Part shown: one piece after another, positions 42,506 through 54,292 of the stretch
Numbering within the stretch: the stretch's first letter is position 1
Layout: each line of letters opens with the position of its first letter
Assembly (NCBI GenBank): GCA_965197925.1
Contig: CBDAOC010000020.1
Span: 1 to 64,000 of the forward strand
Reading direction: 5' to 3'
DNA from: Nitrososphaerales archaeon
GTDB taxonomy: Archaea; Thermoproteota; Nitrososphaeria; Nitrososphaerales; UBA213
DNA: 64,000 nucleotides
The notes under the pieces: model-generated
Databases searched by the model: none
The model's input: only the letters and a program-made list of their open reading frames with translations
What the model was told of the DNA's origin: nothing
Program-made: the position numbers and the translations under genes

Positions 42506-43204
42506 ATGTTTGTAATTCAGCATACTCTAAAAGTCAAAGACAACTTTAATTATATGGCACAACGACAAATATTTATGGCTTCTAACAAATTTGTGTTTCA
42601 ATGTCCACATTGTAAGGCAAAGTCAACATTTACTTTGATACATAGTATAAGACGAGGACGACGTAGCTATGCTATTCAAAATTGTGATAGTTGTGATAGT
42701 GTTATATTTTTTACCTATGAAACCGATAAAGAACTACCCACTATAATGTTAGAGATTTCGCCAGAATTTTTACATAATAATTATAAAATAATCGATTATT
42801 ACCCTAAACGCTCATACGAAGCACATGAAGCAATACCGTTAAATGTTGCAGAAGACTACATTGAAGCATTACGGTGCTTCGATAATAATGCGTTTAAAGC
42901 CACGGTCGTAATGGCTAGAAGGGCCTTACAAACTACTTGTAATCTTAAAGGTGCTACAAAATCTACACTAGAACAACAGGTAGACGAAATAATACCTGAA
43001 GATATGAAAGAACTAGCGCATGAAATTCGCCAGTGGGGTAACTTAGGAGCACACCCAGACCAAATTATAAAAGACATTATAGACGAAGACGCTGAAAAGA
43101 TTATAGACTTTGCTGAAATGCTGTTTAAACATTTCTTCATCTTACCTTATGAAGTGCAACAAATAAAGAATAAAAGAAATATGAAGAAAGATTCTAAATC
43201 TTGA
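42506..43204 (+). CDS. DUF4145 (HEPN-related) protein with N-terminal Zn ribbon
   Basis: CPHC/CDSC, DY.EA, M.RRALQ, IR.WGN.GAH. Confidence 0.85.
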   Translation: MFVIQHTLKVKDNFNYMAQRQIFMASNKFVFQCPHCKAKSTFTLIHSIRRGRRSYAIQNCDSCDSVIFFTYETDKELPTIMLEISPEFLHNNYKIIDYYPKRSYEAHEAIPLNVAEDYIEALRCFDNNAFKATVVMARRALQTTCNLKGATKSTLEQQVDEIIPEDMKELAHEIRQWGNLGAHPDQIIKDIIDEDAEKIIDFAEMLFKHFFILPYEVQQIKNKRNMKKDSKS

Positions 43205-43214
43205 ACAACTTGCG

Positions 43215-43800
43215 AAGTCATCTTAACTCTCCAATGCATTATGGATGCCGCTGGATGCAGAAATCCCATAACGTTTCCGGTAATCCTTCATAGCGTATTG
43301 CCAATCTAACCCCCTCTCCCTTTAGCCATGCGAAGAGCCTCCCAACATATGTTCTGCTCCTTTTGGACGTATTTTCGTCCGACTAACCGTTTCCAAATTT
43401 CTTCTTTGTTAGCAGTCCAGCTATCTTGGCTTTTATCTTATGCAATGAAAGATATGTTTCTACAAAGAATGAATCTCATGCTTTGTCATCTTCAGGTTTA
43501 GTTATCAGTTTATGGAAAGCAGGTATGTTCTTGCAAAGAACGGATCGCATGCTTTATAGGCATAAGCCTCAGGTCTACTTGGTCTTGCACCCGTCCTGAT
43601 TCTTGCGTCCTTCATGACTGGAATGAGCTTTCCGGTATCATGCTCATTCGCCGGACCCAGCAAGATAGATAAGGGAAGGGAATCGCCGTTGACGGCGGCA
43701 CCTTGCTTCCTGATACTTCTTGTTTCCATCATATCCTGCCATCTCTCCTTTCTGGCAGCAACATCACTGCTATCAATAACGGCTACCCTCATCTTCAATT
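43215..43800 (-). mobile_element. Degraded IS5-family remnant
   Basis: LPLS..LGPANEHD, LFAWL, IRYE fragments; end resembles that at 3760. Confidence 0.7.
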
Positions 43801-43898
43801 TACCGGTAATGGATCATAGCTTACTACCGCATCCAATCTCTTCCATATCCCCAATTTTTTCAGCCTTCTGCTAGCTGCAGAATCATCACCGTACTTCT

Positions 43899-44351
43899 TT
43901 GGCAAATAATCCATCCATCGACATCCCGTTGTCAATATATGCCGTTGATTGTCATCCCATCCCGTCATTTGCTCTACGCCTACCCGTCCTTGACTTGGAG
44001 GTTATCGTAACCAAGATAAAGAAGAGTCTAAATTCCAACACACGATATCTTGTGATTCCTACAGCTATGACGCAAGATTCCCAGTATCCGTTTCACGAAG
44101 AGGAGGAAGTCATAACAGTCGACTCTGAAAAGAAGCAGTTAATAATTCGGTCTGCAAAGGTAAAAACTGCGATAGAGCTTCAAAACGAAGACGTCAAAGG
44201 AAGAAGTAGGATGGAAAGACTTCCAAATTTCTTCAACATGGTTACTAACATTGGAAGGACGGAGGTCACCCTCAGTTTGATGGAGAAACAAGATATTACC
44301 ATAGAACTGATCAACAAGGGAGGGGAGAAGGGCACGATTAGACAAAAATGA
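43899..44351 (+). CDS. Hypothetical protein, possibly AbrB-like; true start probably near 44000
   Basis: YLVIP......PF...E.......K.LII pattern. Confidence 0.35.
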   Translation: MANNPSIDIPLSIYAVDCHPIPSFALRLPVLDLEVIVTKIKKSLNSNTRYLVIPTAMTQDSQYPFHEEEEVITVDSEKKQLIIRSAKVKTAIELQNEDVKGRSRMERLPNFFNMVTNIGRTEVTLSLMEKQDITIELINKGGEKGTIRQK

Positions 44352-44564
44352 AATAATCGTTACCTGCCTTTTCCAGTGTTTCATCGATTTTCACAAGCAA
44401 TGATGCGAACGGCAGAGTATCATATGAAGAATAACAAAACGTTAAGGAAGGCCGTACGTAACAGTCCCGATATAAACTTAAGAATCTGGCGGTATGCGGC
44501 TGATGGATTTCTGTTCAATAGAAGGTTGCTTTTAACCAGTGTTAAAAATCTGTTGCCCAGTAGA

Positions 44565-46484
44565 CTAAATCTCTTGTTCAGAAAGGGCTTTGATTACAGG
44601 ATTTTCTTGCGGTCCACGTTTAAGTACATGATCAAAGTACTCCTTGTATAGATCTTTGGCTCTTCTTAAGACGAAATTCCAATCCCAAACGTAGATCCTA
44701 CTCTGCTTCAATGTTTTTTTGAACTCAGACTGCTTATTATCAACAGCGGAAACAATAATCACTCCCTCTACATTCATTTTGTGTCGGGGATCATTAGTTG
44801 TATTAGCATATTCTCTCAGAAAATGCACGTAGTCGGAAATCTGAGTGAGCTCCCTTTTACCAGCTTTGTCTCCCGGTCTTTTTATTTCTACAACCCGTGC
44901 TTCGTTAGGCGACTGCAAGCAAAAGAAATCTGGTTCAAGACCACCTTCCTTCTGTCCGCTAGGTTTAATATGATATTCCTCCGTCAATAGTTTATCAAGT
45001 TGAGGTTCATGCCTGAATTGATCCCACCCTGGTTCAATAAGCCAAGGATGACTCGAGCAATTCGTGCATGTCTGGTTTCTCCTTTGCCTCTTCATTCAGT
45101 AGTTTTTCAAATTTTTCAATTATCTTAACCCGTCCCTTAATCACTATGGAAAGGCAAATTGCATCCACTATGCTCCAATCGGAAACTATTTGGAAGATTT
45201 TTTTCATATCTTCTGGCGACACCAAATTGATTTGACGAATCAAATCTAGCAAATGCTTGTTTTGAGTAACATCTACCATGAAGGTAGCAAAGTCTACAAC
45301 CTCGTCCTCAGTAAGAGTGGGAATGCGTGAAAACCTGTCAACGGCTTCTTTCACATGTTCCTGAATACCTTCGGGTAGCGTTAAAATTGACTTTTGGATC
45401 CGATCATCTTTATTTACTTTGTTCAAGTTGAGTTCGTGACGGATATCTGACCATCTTGCAAGATACTTTTTTACCTTGTTAACCCCTCATTCTTTCAGCG
45501 GCTCCCCCAACTCATGAGACCATGTTACGCTGGCTCTGTCAGTTACTATGAGATCATGTTCGTCGTCCAGAAAGTCAGCCATAATCTCTCCTATCATATA
45601 CCGCATACCCAGCTGTCCAGTTGCACCGCCCACTAGATCGAAAAACCACGGCGTTTGAGCGATCTTCCCCCTGACCAAAACGCTGATCCCTATAGCATCT
45701 TCGTCTGGAATCGGTTTTTCCGTAAAACCTATCCACCATCTAACTTCTTTGCCACCGATTCTTTCGATTCCCCATCCGTCTTGAATTTTTATCCTTTCTT
45801 TTTCATCCTGTTCGTCGGGAAATAGAACTTGAAGCGGCATATCCATTTTTCTGAGTTCCTTATCATTGATCATGACTTTGAAACTATCCGACATTAATGA
45901 GAACCGTCTCTGCATGCTCTTCATGAATTGTTCTTCGTTCACTGTGCGACTGAGTTTGATGTCTTCAAGAATTATGGAAGTATTGTTTTTTTCAGACGTC
46001 TTTTCATCCTCTAGAATCTCGGGATAATATTCTCCGCCAAACTGCTTTTCCTGTATATCGTTGAAACTCATTTTGAAGGCAGTAACTTTACCGTTCTTCA
46101 CTGTTCGTACTGTTACGTCGTTAGCAATTCCAAATCCAGCTAGTTTGCCTATTCCTTTATGAGCTAGACGTAGGCGACCAATCGCAGTTGTGTTTCCGTC
46201 CTCCGCGCGACCGTTTCTGCCCAAGACTAGGTATTTGCTGTCACAATCGTCAAAAGTCATTCCAACCCATTATCATTTACGATGATCTTGGTGCTGGAAT
46301 TGAACTTTTGTTCAAATGGAAAAGATACCTCAACTCTGGTCGCATCAGCATCCCATGCGTTAGCAATGAGTTCTGCGATGGCGGGCACAGCCCCTGAATA
46401 CATTTGCAATCCCAGATGTTTGACCAGTCCTCCCGCAAATTTCATTGTAAGAACTCTGGCAATTTGGTTCTCCAAAGTACACAT
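44565..46484 (-). pseudogene. GHKL (MORC/Hsp90-like) ATPase fused to a PD-(D/E)XK restriction-type nuclease, in four frames
   Basis: ELIANAWDA, DNG, KGIGK, then W.I.P.W, PDF..VVEIKRP..Q..DY. Confidence 0.85.
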
Positions 46485-46508
46485 GATCGGGGATAGTTCT
46501 ATATAATA

Positions 46509-46958
46509 TTGCCCTTAATGTTAGTAGAGCCTTTCTTGATCGACGTATTTTCAAAAGGAAAACGCAGTGAGATAATGAGCAAGATCCGAAGCAAAGGAAC
46601 GAAGCTCGATATTACGATGATGAATATGCTTTCGGAAGCAAACTTGCCTTACGAACTTTATCCGCAGCTCTGTGGAAGCCCAGACTTTCTGGTAGGTCAT
46701 ATAGTAATTTTTTGCGACAGCTCTTTTTGGCACGGTAAGAACTGGAACAAATTAAAAAAGAAACTAGCTAAGGGAAACAACCCTAGCTATTGGGTCTCGC
46801 ACATAGCTAAGAACAGAAGAAGAGACAGGGTCGTATCAGGACTATTGAAGACCGAGGGTTATGGCGTACTACGATTCTGGGACGACGAAATCTACAAACA
46901 CCAAGAGCGATGTGTTGCAGCGATCAAAAAAGAACTCAAATCGTCATGCTCGCAATAA
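46509..46958 (+). CDS. vsr: Very-short-patch repair endonuclease
   Basis: RSEIMSKIRS, PD, FWHG, YW...I..N..RD, LRFW. Confidence 0.9.
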   Translation: MPLMLVEPFLIDVFSKGKRSEIMSKIRSKGTKLDITMMNMLSEANLPYELYPQLCGSPDFLVGHIVIFCDSSFWHGKNWNKLKKKLAKGNNPSYWVSHIAKNRRRDRVVSGLLKTEGYGVLRFWDDEIYKHQERCVAAIKKELKSSCSQ

Positions 46959-48061
46959 TTGGGTAACTTTCAACGCGATCCTCTCAGCCAGAATTACTGG
47001 AACGCCGTCTCCTATCATGGCTCCTATCTCTTCTCTGGTGCCGCTTAACTGATAGTCGTCGGGAATTGTCTGCAATCTAGCAGCTTCACGAGTTGTTATG
47101 GCACGGTCTTGTTCTGGGTGCAAGAACCTGCCGCAGCTCGGCGTTAAGCATCTACTGGTTATCGTTGGAGAAGGCTTGTCCCACCACATCCGTCCGTAGA
47201 CAGATTCGGCGCCCCCGACCCGTAGCGCTTTGTGACAGGGCAGCCAAAGCTTGGGCGGAAGTTCCCTTCTACTGCCTCCGTTCTTGGGAATGTTTCTTAT
47301 TATTTTCATCACTTTCTCTCCGTGTTTGCGTGCCACGTGAAAAGGATCTGTAGGATCGGACTCGCCAGCTTTCAATTTTGGAAGATCGCCGATGACATCT
47401 CTTACAGTTTTTGGAAAGGTTTTTTTCTTATTATTTTGAGCATCCGAGTCTTTTTCAGGAACAGACGGAATCGCGTTAACTTTTTTCTTGCAGGAGAAGG
47501 CAAGTAATCTTCGCCTATTTTGGGGAACGCCATAGTCGGCGGCATTGACAACGCCGTAAACCGTTTCGTAACCGCAACGCCGCATCTTTCTGAGATATCG
47601 TTCAAAAAACATTCTGCCCGGTCCTTCAAACATCCAGAACACGTTTTCAAACACGACTACTTGAGGACGCATCTCTTCCACGCGTCTAGCGAAATCCATC
47701 ACATATTTGCTCCTTGAATCAGTAGACGGTCTTATTCCACGCGTCTCAGAAAGTTTGCTAAATGACTGGCAAGGCGGGCATCCTATTAAGCAAAAGTTCT
47801 CCTTCCTTTTCAATCCAGCTACGGAAAGAATTTCTTCCCCACTAATTTTTGACACGTCTTCTTCGATCGGTCGCACTCCTAGTTTTTAGCGTAGTTTTCG
47901 CACCTGCAATGGTTTATCTCCACCGCAGCTGCGATTTTGAATCCAGCCCGCTTAAAACCCAGCGATGCACATCCGATCCCTGCAAAAAGATCAATCACGG
48001 GAAACCTCTCTATCATCGCATCAACTCTTAATTTACCATATGGTTGAAGGAGAGCATTCAA
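46944..48061 (-). pseudogene. C5-cytosine DNA methyltransferase, frameshift near 47879
   Basis: DLFAG, PPCQ, ENV, PQ.RRR, REAARLQ. Confidence 0.9.
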
Positions 48062-48236
48062 GACTATTTGATGTCAGTACAACTTCCGCGTTTAAAACCT
48101 TTCCTTGTCGTTTAATTGTGAAAACCTAACTCATTTTGAACGTCTTTTTTTTTATCATCGCAACAGCTTCGTTATAGATCTTTTGCTAACTCTCCAAATT
48201 GTTTTTATTTTCTTACATACTCCGTTAGGATATTTG

Positions 48237-48374
48237 TGCCTTGTTGCATAGCCATGAAATCCATTATCGGATAACGAAATTATTCTGTCATTGCGGTGCG
48301 AATCCCCGGACTGCATTTTCAATTATCCAGCCATGAGGCAAAAAATTGCAGGATTTTAGTTGTGCAGCAAGGCA
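48237..48374 (+). mobile_element. MITE copy 5
   Basis: TGCCTTGTTGCATAGC...GTTGTGCAGCAAGGCA. Confidence 0.9.
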
Positions 48375-48433
48375 TGTACGTACTAATTCCTAAAGATAAA
48401 TCCAGGAATATTGCGGTTGAAAATATAGATTAT

Positions 48434-49927
48434 TCATCGAGTTGTCAAGGCCTTGAAGCGCTCATCATTCCTGATACTTTCAAAGCGTGAATCCTTTTTA
48501 GCCAGTTTTATGTATGCCTTGTCAATATCGAATGCTTTCCCTAGATCAGCTAGACATTGTTCGATATTACCATTCTTACTCATAAAGCATGCTTTAATGT
48601 ACCATGCATCGGCACGATTAGGATCAATGGCGATAGCTCCATCGTAGCAACCCAAGGCCTCTCCTTCCCTGCCTAGCTTTTGAAGAGCGTTACCTTTGTT
48701 GTACCATGCATCGGCACGATTAGGATCAATGGCGATAGCTCCATCGTAGCAACCCAAGGCCTCTCCTTCCCTGCCTAGCTTTTGAAGAGCGTTACCTTTG
48801 TTGTACCATGCATCGGCACGATTAGGATCAATGGCGATAGCTCCATCGTAGCAACCCAAGGCCTCTCCTTCCCTGCCTAGCTTTTGAAGAGCGTTACCTT
48901 TGTTGTACCATGCATCGGCACGATTAGGATCAATGGCGATAGCTCCATCGTAGCAACCCAAGGCCTCTCCTTCCCTGCCTAGCTTTTGAAGAGCGTTACC
49001 TTTGTTGTACCATGCATCGGCACGATTAGGATCAATGGCGATAATTTTATCATAGCAGACTAAAGCTTCTTCATCCCTGCCTAGCTTTTGAAGAATGATA
49101 CCTTTGTTGTACCATGCAGAAGTATGATTAGGATCTTGTTCAAGAATGCGATCGTAATGTTCAATGGCTTTTTCATGATTATTTGAATGATAGTAGAAGT
49201 TTCCTAGTCTTAGAAGATAATCACTATCACGCGATACTTTTTCACGCAGGCTTTCTAGTTCTAATCTTAATTTTTCAATCTGTTTATCGCGTTTACTAAT
49301 CTCAAGTTGCGTTTCTTCTGGTATTTCTATTTTATCTTCTTCTTTCAGCTCACTCTTAATTCCCAACGCATTGAAATCTTGATTTTGGACTTGTGTAACC
49401 TCTGTTAGTTTTTGCAAGATTACATTTGTTTTCTGCTTAATTTCTTCCACATTTTGATGAGTTTCCTCAGTTGTTTTCTTCATTTGGTCAACCGCACCCT
49501 TTATTTGGATAACTTCATCCTTCAGTTCATATAATTTCTTATTAGTATCGTTACCAGTACTAATTAGGATATCTCGAATTGTTTTGACCGTGGTTTCTTT
49601 AGCTGCAATCTTCTTGACATCATCAATTTCCACTAGAATGCTGTCCAATTGTATGGTGATTTGATTATAGTGCTGCTCACCTTGTCCCTCAAGATTATTG
49701 AAATAATCTAATACCTCCTTGGTCTTATCCTCTCCAGAACCCTCACAACTGTTATAAATATAGTCTGCTATAATGTTAAAAGGAGGAGGGAGCAAGGGAA
49801 TCGCTATTCTCTTTATGGCATTGTCTAACTTAGCATGATCATTTTTAAATTCTTTAATCTTAGTTCCCGCGTCTTGTTTGAAATCATTCAGTGCCTTTGT
49901 AAATGCATTAAATGATGGAAATCTCAT
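48434..49927 (-). CDS. Tetratricopeptide repeat protein with coiled-coil N-terminal half
   Basis: Seven 34-aa AWYNKG..L..LG...EAL..YD.A..IDP-type units. Confidence 0.92.
   Translation of the reverse strand: MRFPSFNAFTKALNDFKQDAGTKIKEFKNDHAKLDNAIKRIAIPLLPPPFNIIADYIYNSCEGSGEDKTKEVLDYFNNLEGQGEQHYNQITIQLDSILVEIDDVKKIAAKETTVKTIRDILISTGNDTNKKLYELKDEVIQIKGAVDQMKKTTEETHQNVEEIKQKTNVILQKLTEVTQVQNQDFNALGIKSELKEEDKIEIPEETQLEISKRDKQIEKLRLELESLREKVSRDSDYLLRLGNFYYHSNNHEKAIEHYDRILEQDPNHTSAWYNKGIILQKLGRDEEALVCYDKIIAIDPNRADAWYNKGNALQKLGREGEALGCYDGAIAIDPNRADAWYNKGNALQKLGREGEALGCYDGAIAIDPNRADAWYNKGNALQKLGREGEALGCYDGAIAIDPNRADAWYNKGNALQKLGREGEALGCYDGAIAIDPNRADAWYIKACFMSKNGNIEQCLADLGKAFDIDKAYIKLAKKDSRFESIRNDERFKALTTR
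48598..49043. repeat. Perfect 102-bp tandem repeat, about 4.4 copies, coding
   Basis: Identical units start at 48599, 48701, 48803, 48905 and (partial) 49007. Confidence 0.95.
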
Positions 49928-50539
49928 CTACATTTCATTAAATTATATCTGAACAGATAAAGCTTATGGGATTACCTTCCCCAGCCCCCAAAGAACCCAA
50001 TACGGCCTGACCATTTCCGAAGGGGTCGACAAGAAAATTAATGGTGGCATTGGAACACGGGGTTTCGTCCCAGGATGCCATTAAAACAATGAATAACTTG
50101 ATTTCTAGCACTTTGAAAAAGGAACCAAGAAGATTGGATGAAGTAATGGGAGATGATGTTTTACTTGGACTTCCCCGCTAGGAGACCGATAGGTTCCCTA
50201 ATAGGCGGGCAATCAGAATTGTACAGAAGATTGGGTTACGAATTAGACAAACTAAAAATGGGTTTGCCTTGTGAATAATCCCAATCAACAAAAATATAAT
50301 AAAAAACCAGATATGGTCATGTAGCAGAAAACGGCCCATGATGTTGACGTTATTTGATATTTCTGCCGGGGCCTTTTTAAATTAGTCATAGTATGTAGCA
50401 TGATGTGAAGAGGCAAGAAAGGTGTTCATGACAGAATTCTGGATTCAATTAACAATCATAAATCGACACAAACCCTGATGAATTCCGGTGGTAGATAATC
50501 AGTCAGCCAAACTCTTTCATTCCCAACATAGAACTTTAT

Positions 50540-50925
50540 CTATGATCAAGTGCTTCTTGTCGGCAACATGGATCTTCATAGGAGCAGGTTTATGATCATT
50601 GGTATTTTCAGGTACAAACCTTGGTTATAACAATCCCGGGTCTTCTATCAAATCTCTAACCATGTGTCTGTGACAAGGACGGCTATCTTTTTCATAACAA
50701 AGCAAGGTTATGTTTTGCAGTGTGCTTTTTGTATGTAGTGCATAAATTGCCTCCACCGTCCATGTTCTCTCTCAATTCAGACAGTAATGCGGTCTTAAAA
50801 TCATCCCAATTAATTTCAGTATTCTTGTATCTTTTTAGGAGCTCGGCACCTGGAGCTAGTGGCCTTACCCAGACATCATATTTTTCTAGCTTGACACCTC
50901 TTGGGTAAAATCGTGTAATCAACAC
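50540..50925 (-). pseudogene. DUF488 paralogue, 5'-truncated and frameshifted
   Basis: LITRFYPRGVK..KYD.WVR.LAP; aligns with 2174-2608. Confidence 0.85.
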
Positions 50926-51000
50926 CTGGCTCTGGCAACAACTGGTTTTTTTACGTGCTTTTGAAATACCCCCGAGGACACATATTTTTTGCCTTTACAA

Positions 51001-51140
51001 TGCTTTGTTGCATAACTATGAAATCTATTACTGAATAATGAAATCATTCTGTTATTGTGGTGCGAATCTCTAGATTACATTTTCAATTACTTAACCATAA
51101 GACGAAAAATTACAGAGTTTTTGAGTTGTGCAACAAAGCA
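51001..51140 (+). mobile_element. MITE copy 6
   Basis: TGCTTTGTTGCATAAC...GTTGTGCAACAAAGCA. Confidence 0.9.
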
Positions 51141-51660
51141 GAAGAAATCCCTTGGCTGAGTGGGAGTTATCTTCACATCAGTTTGTTTGATTCTATTCCT
51201 AACACGCTTAGAGTCAATTGGGAATACTCTTTCTTTGATTCTGGATATTTCATTAACTAAAGAACCAACATCTACATGCAAGGGATTAGGTCATACCATT
51301 TGGTCGTAACATATTCAACCTTTCTCAATACAAAGCCATTATTGAAATCAATATCATCTCAGGTAAGTGACAGCAATCTTCTTACACGTATTCCGGTAGT
51401 TGAGCATAAGGCAAGATATGCTTTAACCAGAGGATCTTGTACGCTCTCAATGAGTTCTCCCACCATATCATATTTAGGTGCAATAATCAAGCTCTCGGTA
51501 TTTGGTTTTCGGAAAGATATGCTGATATCGATATTATACATTCTGGATGGACGCTTTAGGGCTTTAGCAGAATTGTCGTAGGTGTTGTCATTATCAATAT
51601 GCGTTAGGTAGGCTTTGACGGTATCTTCATTCAATGTTTGATAATGCTGTAGATAGTTCT
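51141..51660 (-). pseudogene. Tyrosine integrase fragment ending at the MITE
   Basis: KAYLALCSTTGIRV..LLSLT followed by a stop. Confidence 0.6.
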
Positions 51661-51830
51661 AGTAACAGATGTACGGAGTACAAAAGCCGGTGTTTTTTAA
51701 ATTTGAACGCAAGGTGTCTAAAACCACTCATCTTGTTTAAGATAATCATCCTTGGTATTATCAAATTAACAGTACCAAATATCGTTGTGGCCTGACCTTG
51801 TCATTACCAACTCATTCAACTATGATCAAT

Positions 51831-51958
51831 TTTTTACTCACTATATAATGGCTGTCAGATTTGTCAAAATTTTAAAATGGCTAGTTTACGTTTTCGTATA
51901 TTCTAGATCTGTTTCGGTATAAACAATTAGGCTATGATGTTAATTTTCGGATAAGCTC
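51831..51958. repeat. ~130-bp dispersed repeat, copy 2
   Basis: Near-identical to 28798-28926. Confidence 0.8.
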
Positions 51959-51986
51959 AAATATTACTGTAAGAACTACCTAATCA

Positions 51987-53111
51987 ATGAATAAACTAGT
52001 AATACCAAGTATATTAGCAGCAACAGTATTGATAGCAGGAATATTTGCATTCATGCCAGTAGATAGAGCAGCAACTGTGCATACAACAATAGGAAATAAA
52101 TTAATTATAAGAGATGTATTTGTGAATACAGTATACGCAAATTTAAACTCTGACCCAATAAAGGTTGACATACTAGTTACTAGGCATGACGGAACCACAG
52201 TTACGGGTTTAACAGCCGCTAACTTTGCAGCAGATATAATATACGGAATACCAAATACAATTACCGTAACCGTTGATGATACACCAGTCAATGGTATCTA
52301 CAGACTAGATCTAAACCCTACAAGAAACTGGGGTGGAGATAGAACAAACATAGGAATCACAGTCACATCAGGTAGCAATTCCGCAACAGCATTGGTAGTT
52401 ATTAAAAGTGCATGTGAATCAGGTAGTATAATCGGATATCCTCTTGATCTAACCAATGACGAGAGGATCTGGCTCACAGACAACCCAACAATAAGAGTAG
52501 CGTATGATCCAGCATGGTTCCCATATGAGTACGTTAATGAGGCAGGCCAGATTGATGGGGTTACGGCAGAATACATATGCGAGTTTGAAAGAGCTACTGG
52601 AGCCGATTTTGTCCAGATTCCAGTCACCAGCTGGGCTGATTCTCTAGACGCACTAGAGAACAGAAGGGCCGATGTCCTGTTCATGGTAACCGAAACACAA
52701 GAGAGACTCGCCTATATGGGCTTTACAACACCACACAACAGAATAACCACAGACATTGTAACGAAAGATAATACGCCCATGGAAATTACGGATCTCCAAA
52801 CAGTAGCTACAATAAGTGGCTATGAAATAAATGATTGGCTTGCTGAAAACCATCCAAGCATAACTATTACACAGGTAGGAAACTATGAAGAAGGGATCAG
52901 GATGTTGGATAACGATAACGTGGAAGCATTTTTGGAAGTGTTTGGGGTAGTCTCGTACCATGCGGAAACAATCGGAATTGAAGGTTTGTACAATGCAGGC
53001 CCTACAGGACACTACTATGATCTAAGCATAGGCTACAGAAATGACCTACCTGTTCTTGGTAGTATTCTACAAAAAACTCTAGATTATATACCTGACATAA
53101 AATTAGAGTAA
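51987..53111 (+). CDS. Secreted protein with C-terminal type-2 solute-binding (PBPb/BvgS-like) domain
   Basis: Leader ILAATVLIAGIFAFMPV...TVHTTI; LT.DE..WL..NP.IRV.YDP.W.PYEY, L.SILQK.LD.I. Confidence 0.8.
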   Translation: MNKLVIPSILAATVLIAGIFAFMPVDRAATVHTTIGNKLIIRDVFVNTVYANLNSDPIKVDILVTRHDGTTVTGLTAANFAADIIYGIPNTITVTVDDTPVNGIYRLDLNPTRNWGGDRTNIGITVTSGSNSATALVVIKSACESGSIIGYPLDLTNDERIWLTDNPTIRVAYDPAWFPYEYVNEAGQIDGVTAEYICEFERATGADFVQIPVTSWADSLDALENRRADVLFMVTETQERLAYMGFTTPHNRITTDIVTKDNTPMEITDLQTVATISGYEINDWLAENHPSITITQVGNYEEGIRMLDNDNVEAFLEVFGVVSYHAETIGIEGLYNAGPTGHYYDLSIGYRNDLPVLGSILQKTLDYIPDIKLE

Positions 53112-53199
53112 GCACTAGTAGAATATCGCAATTTTTTTTTCTAACTTATTACTGTATATTTTCTTAATGGATAACGAAATCATATGAAGCATAATTATC

Positions 53200-54292
53200 T
53201 GAGGCTTGGGCATAATTTAGTTCGAAACGATAAGATCAGGTTTCAATTTTCATTGGTAATGTGTTTAGCCCAGACTCGATACTTCTTCGTATATTATTTT
53301 TGATTGACGTGATTCCTTGGTCAAAACCTAATAGGAAAAGGGGTAGACCATTCTACTATTCTCCTATAGTAATGATGAGATGCTTCATCGTTAGAGTATG
53401 GGTAAGAATACCAAGCAACAATGTGTTACATCAGTATTTTTCGATAGACATGCCATACAACAGGAAGGTAATGAAGGCATGTGGTCTTGATAGGTTTCCA
53501 GATAAAAGAACATTCGACAGAAGGTCAAGGCCATATCAATTGACATAAGATCAAGGATAGATGTCATGGGTATGCTCTTCATAAAAGATGGGTGGTAGAC
53601 TCATTCATAGTATCCGTTGACAGTTCATTGTTGAAAGCAAAGGGACATGTATGGCTAAGATTAAACACGAAGAATGAAGTGCCACGCTCGGGTATAGATA
53701 CAGATGCTCGATGGGGCTACAGCAGAACCAAGGGATGGATATTCGGATACAAGATGCATCTAGCATGTAGTACAGGTTCATTGATAGTTCCATTATCAGC
53801 TGATTTCACAACAGCTAACATTACTGACAACAGGATGTATGAAAGCATGACATCTTCATTGCCTTCAGGAACGGTAATGTATGCTGTAGGAGATGAAGGA
53901 TATGATGATCACAAGTTATGTGATTTCAGCAGGTATAGAGGACATCTACTGGTATTCCCATTGGAAAGGTACAGGCATACTACAGATAATAATAGACTGG
54001 CATTGCTGCAGTTCTATCAATCGGAATTTGGACAGCATGTATATTCTCGGAGGAGCATAAGCGTTGAGCCATTGATAGAGCATATGAAGGATGTATTTAC
54101 CATAGATCCATTGCCAGTTAGAGTGTTCGATAAGGTAAGGAGTATGGTGTTGTTATCAGTATTGTTGTATCAGGTAATGGTTTACTACAACTACTTGACA
54201 GGAAGGCCTCTTTAGGGCATTGAAGTATATGTTGGGAAGCTAATAGTAATAATTTCAAAATAATATTATAATTGAATTATGCCCAAGTCTCA
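53200..54292 (+). mobile_element. DDE insertion sequence (IS982/IS5-like), frameshifted, paralogue of 20029-21123
   Basis: Same TIRs and transposase fragments. Confidence 0.88.

Noticed and set aside
48598..49043. Regular repeats as a CRISPR array
   Set aside because: The 102-bp units are contiguous, have no spacers and encode TPRs
12994..51281. Similar short ORFs at 12994, 40667, 48296, 51057, 51087 and the start of 37367
   Set aside because: They are translations through MITE sequence, not a gene family
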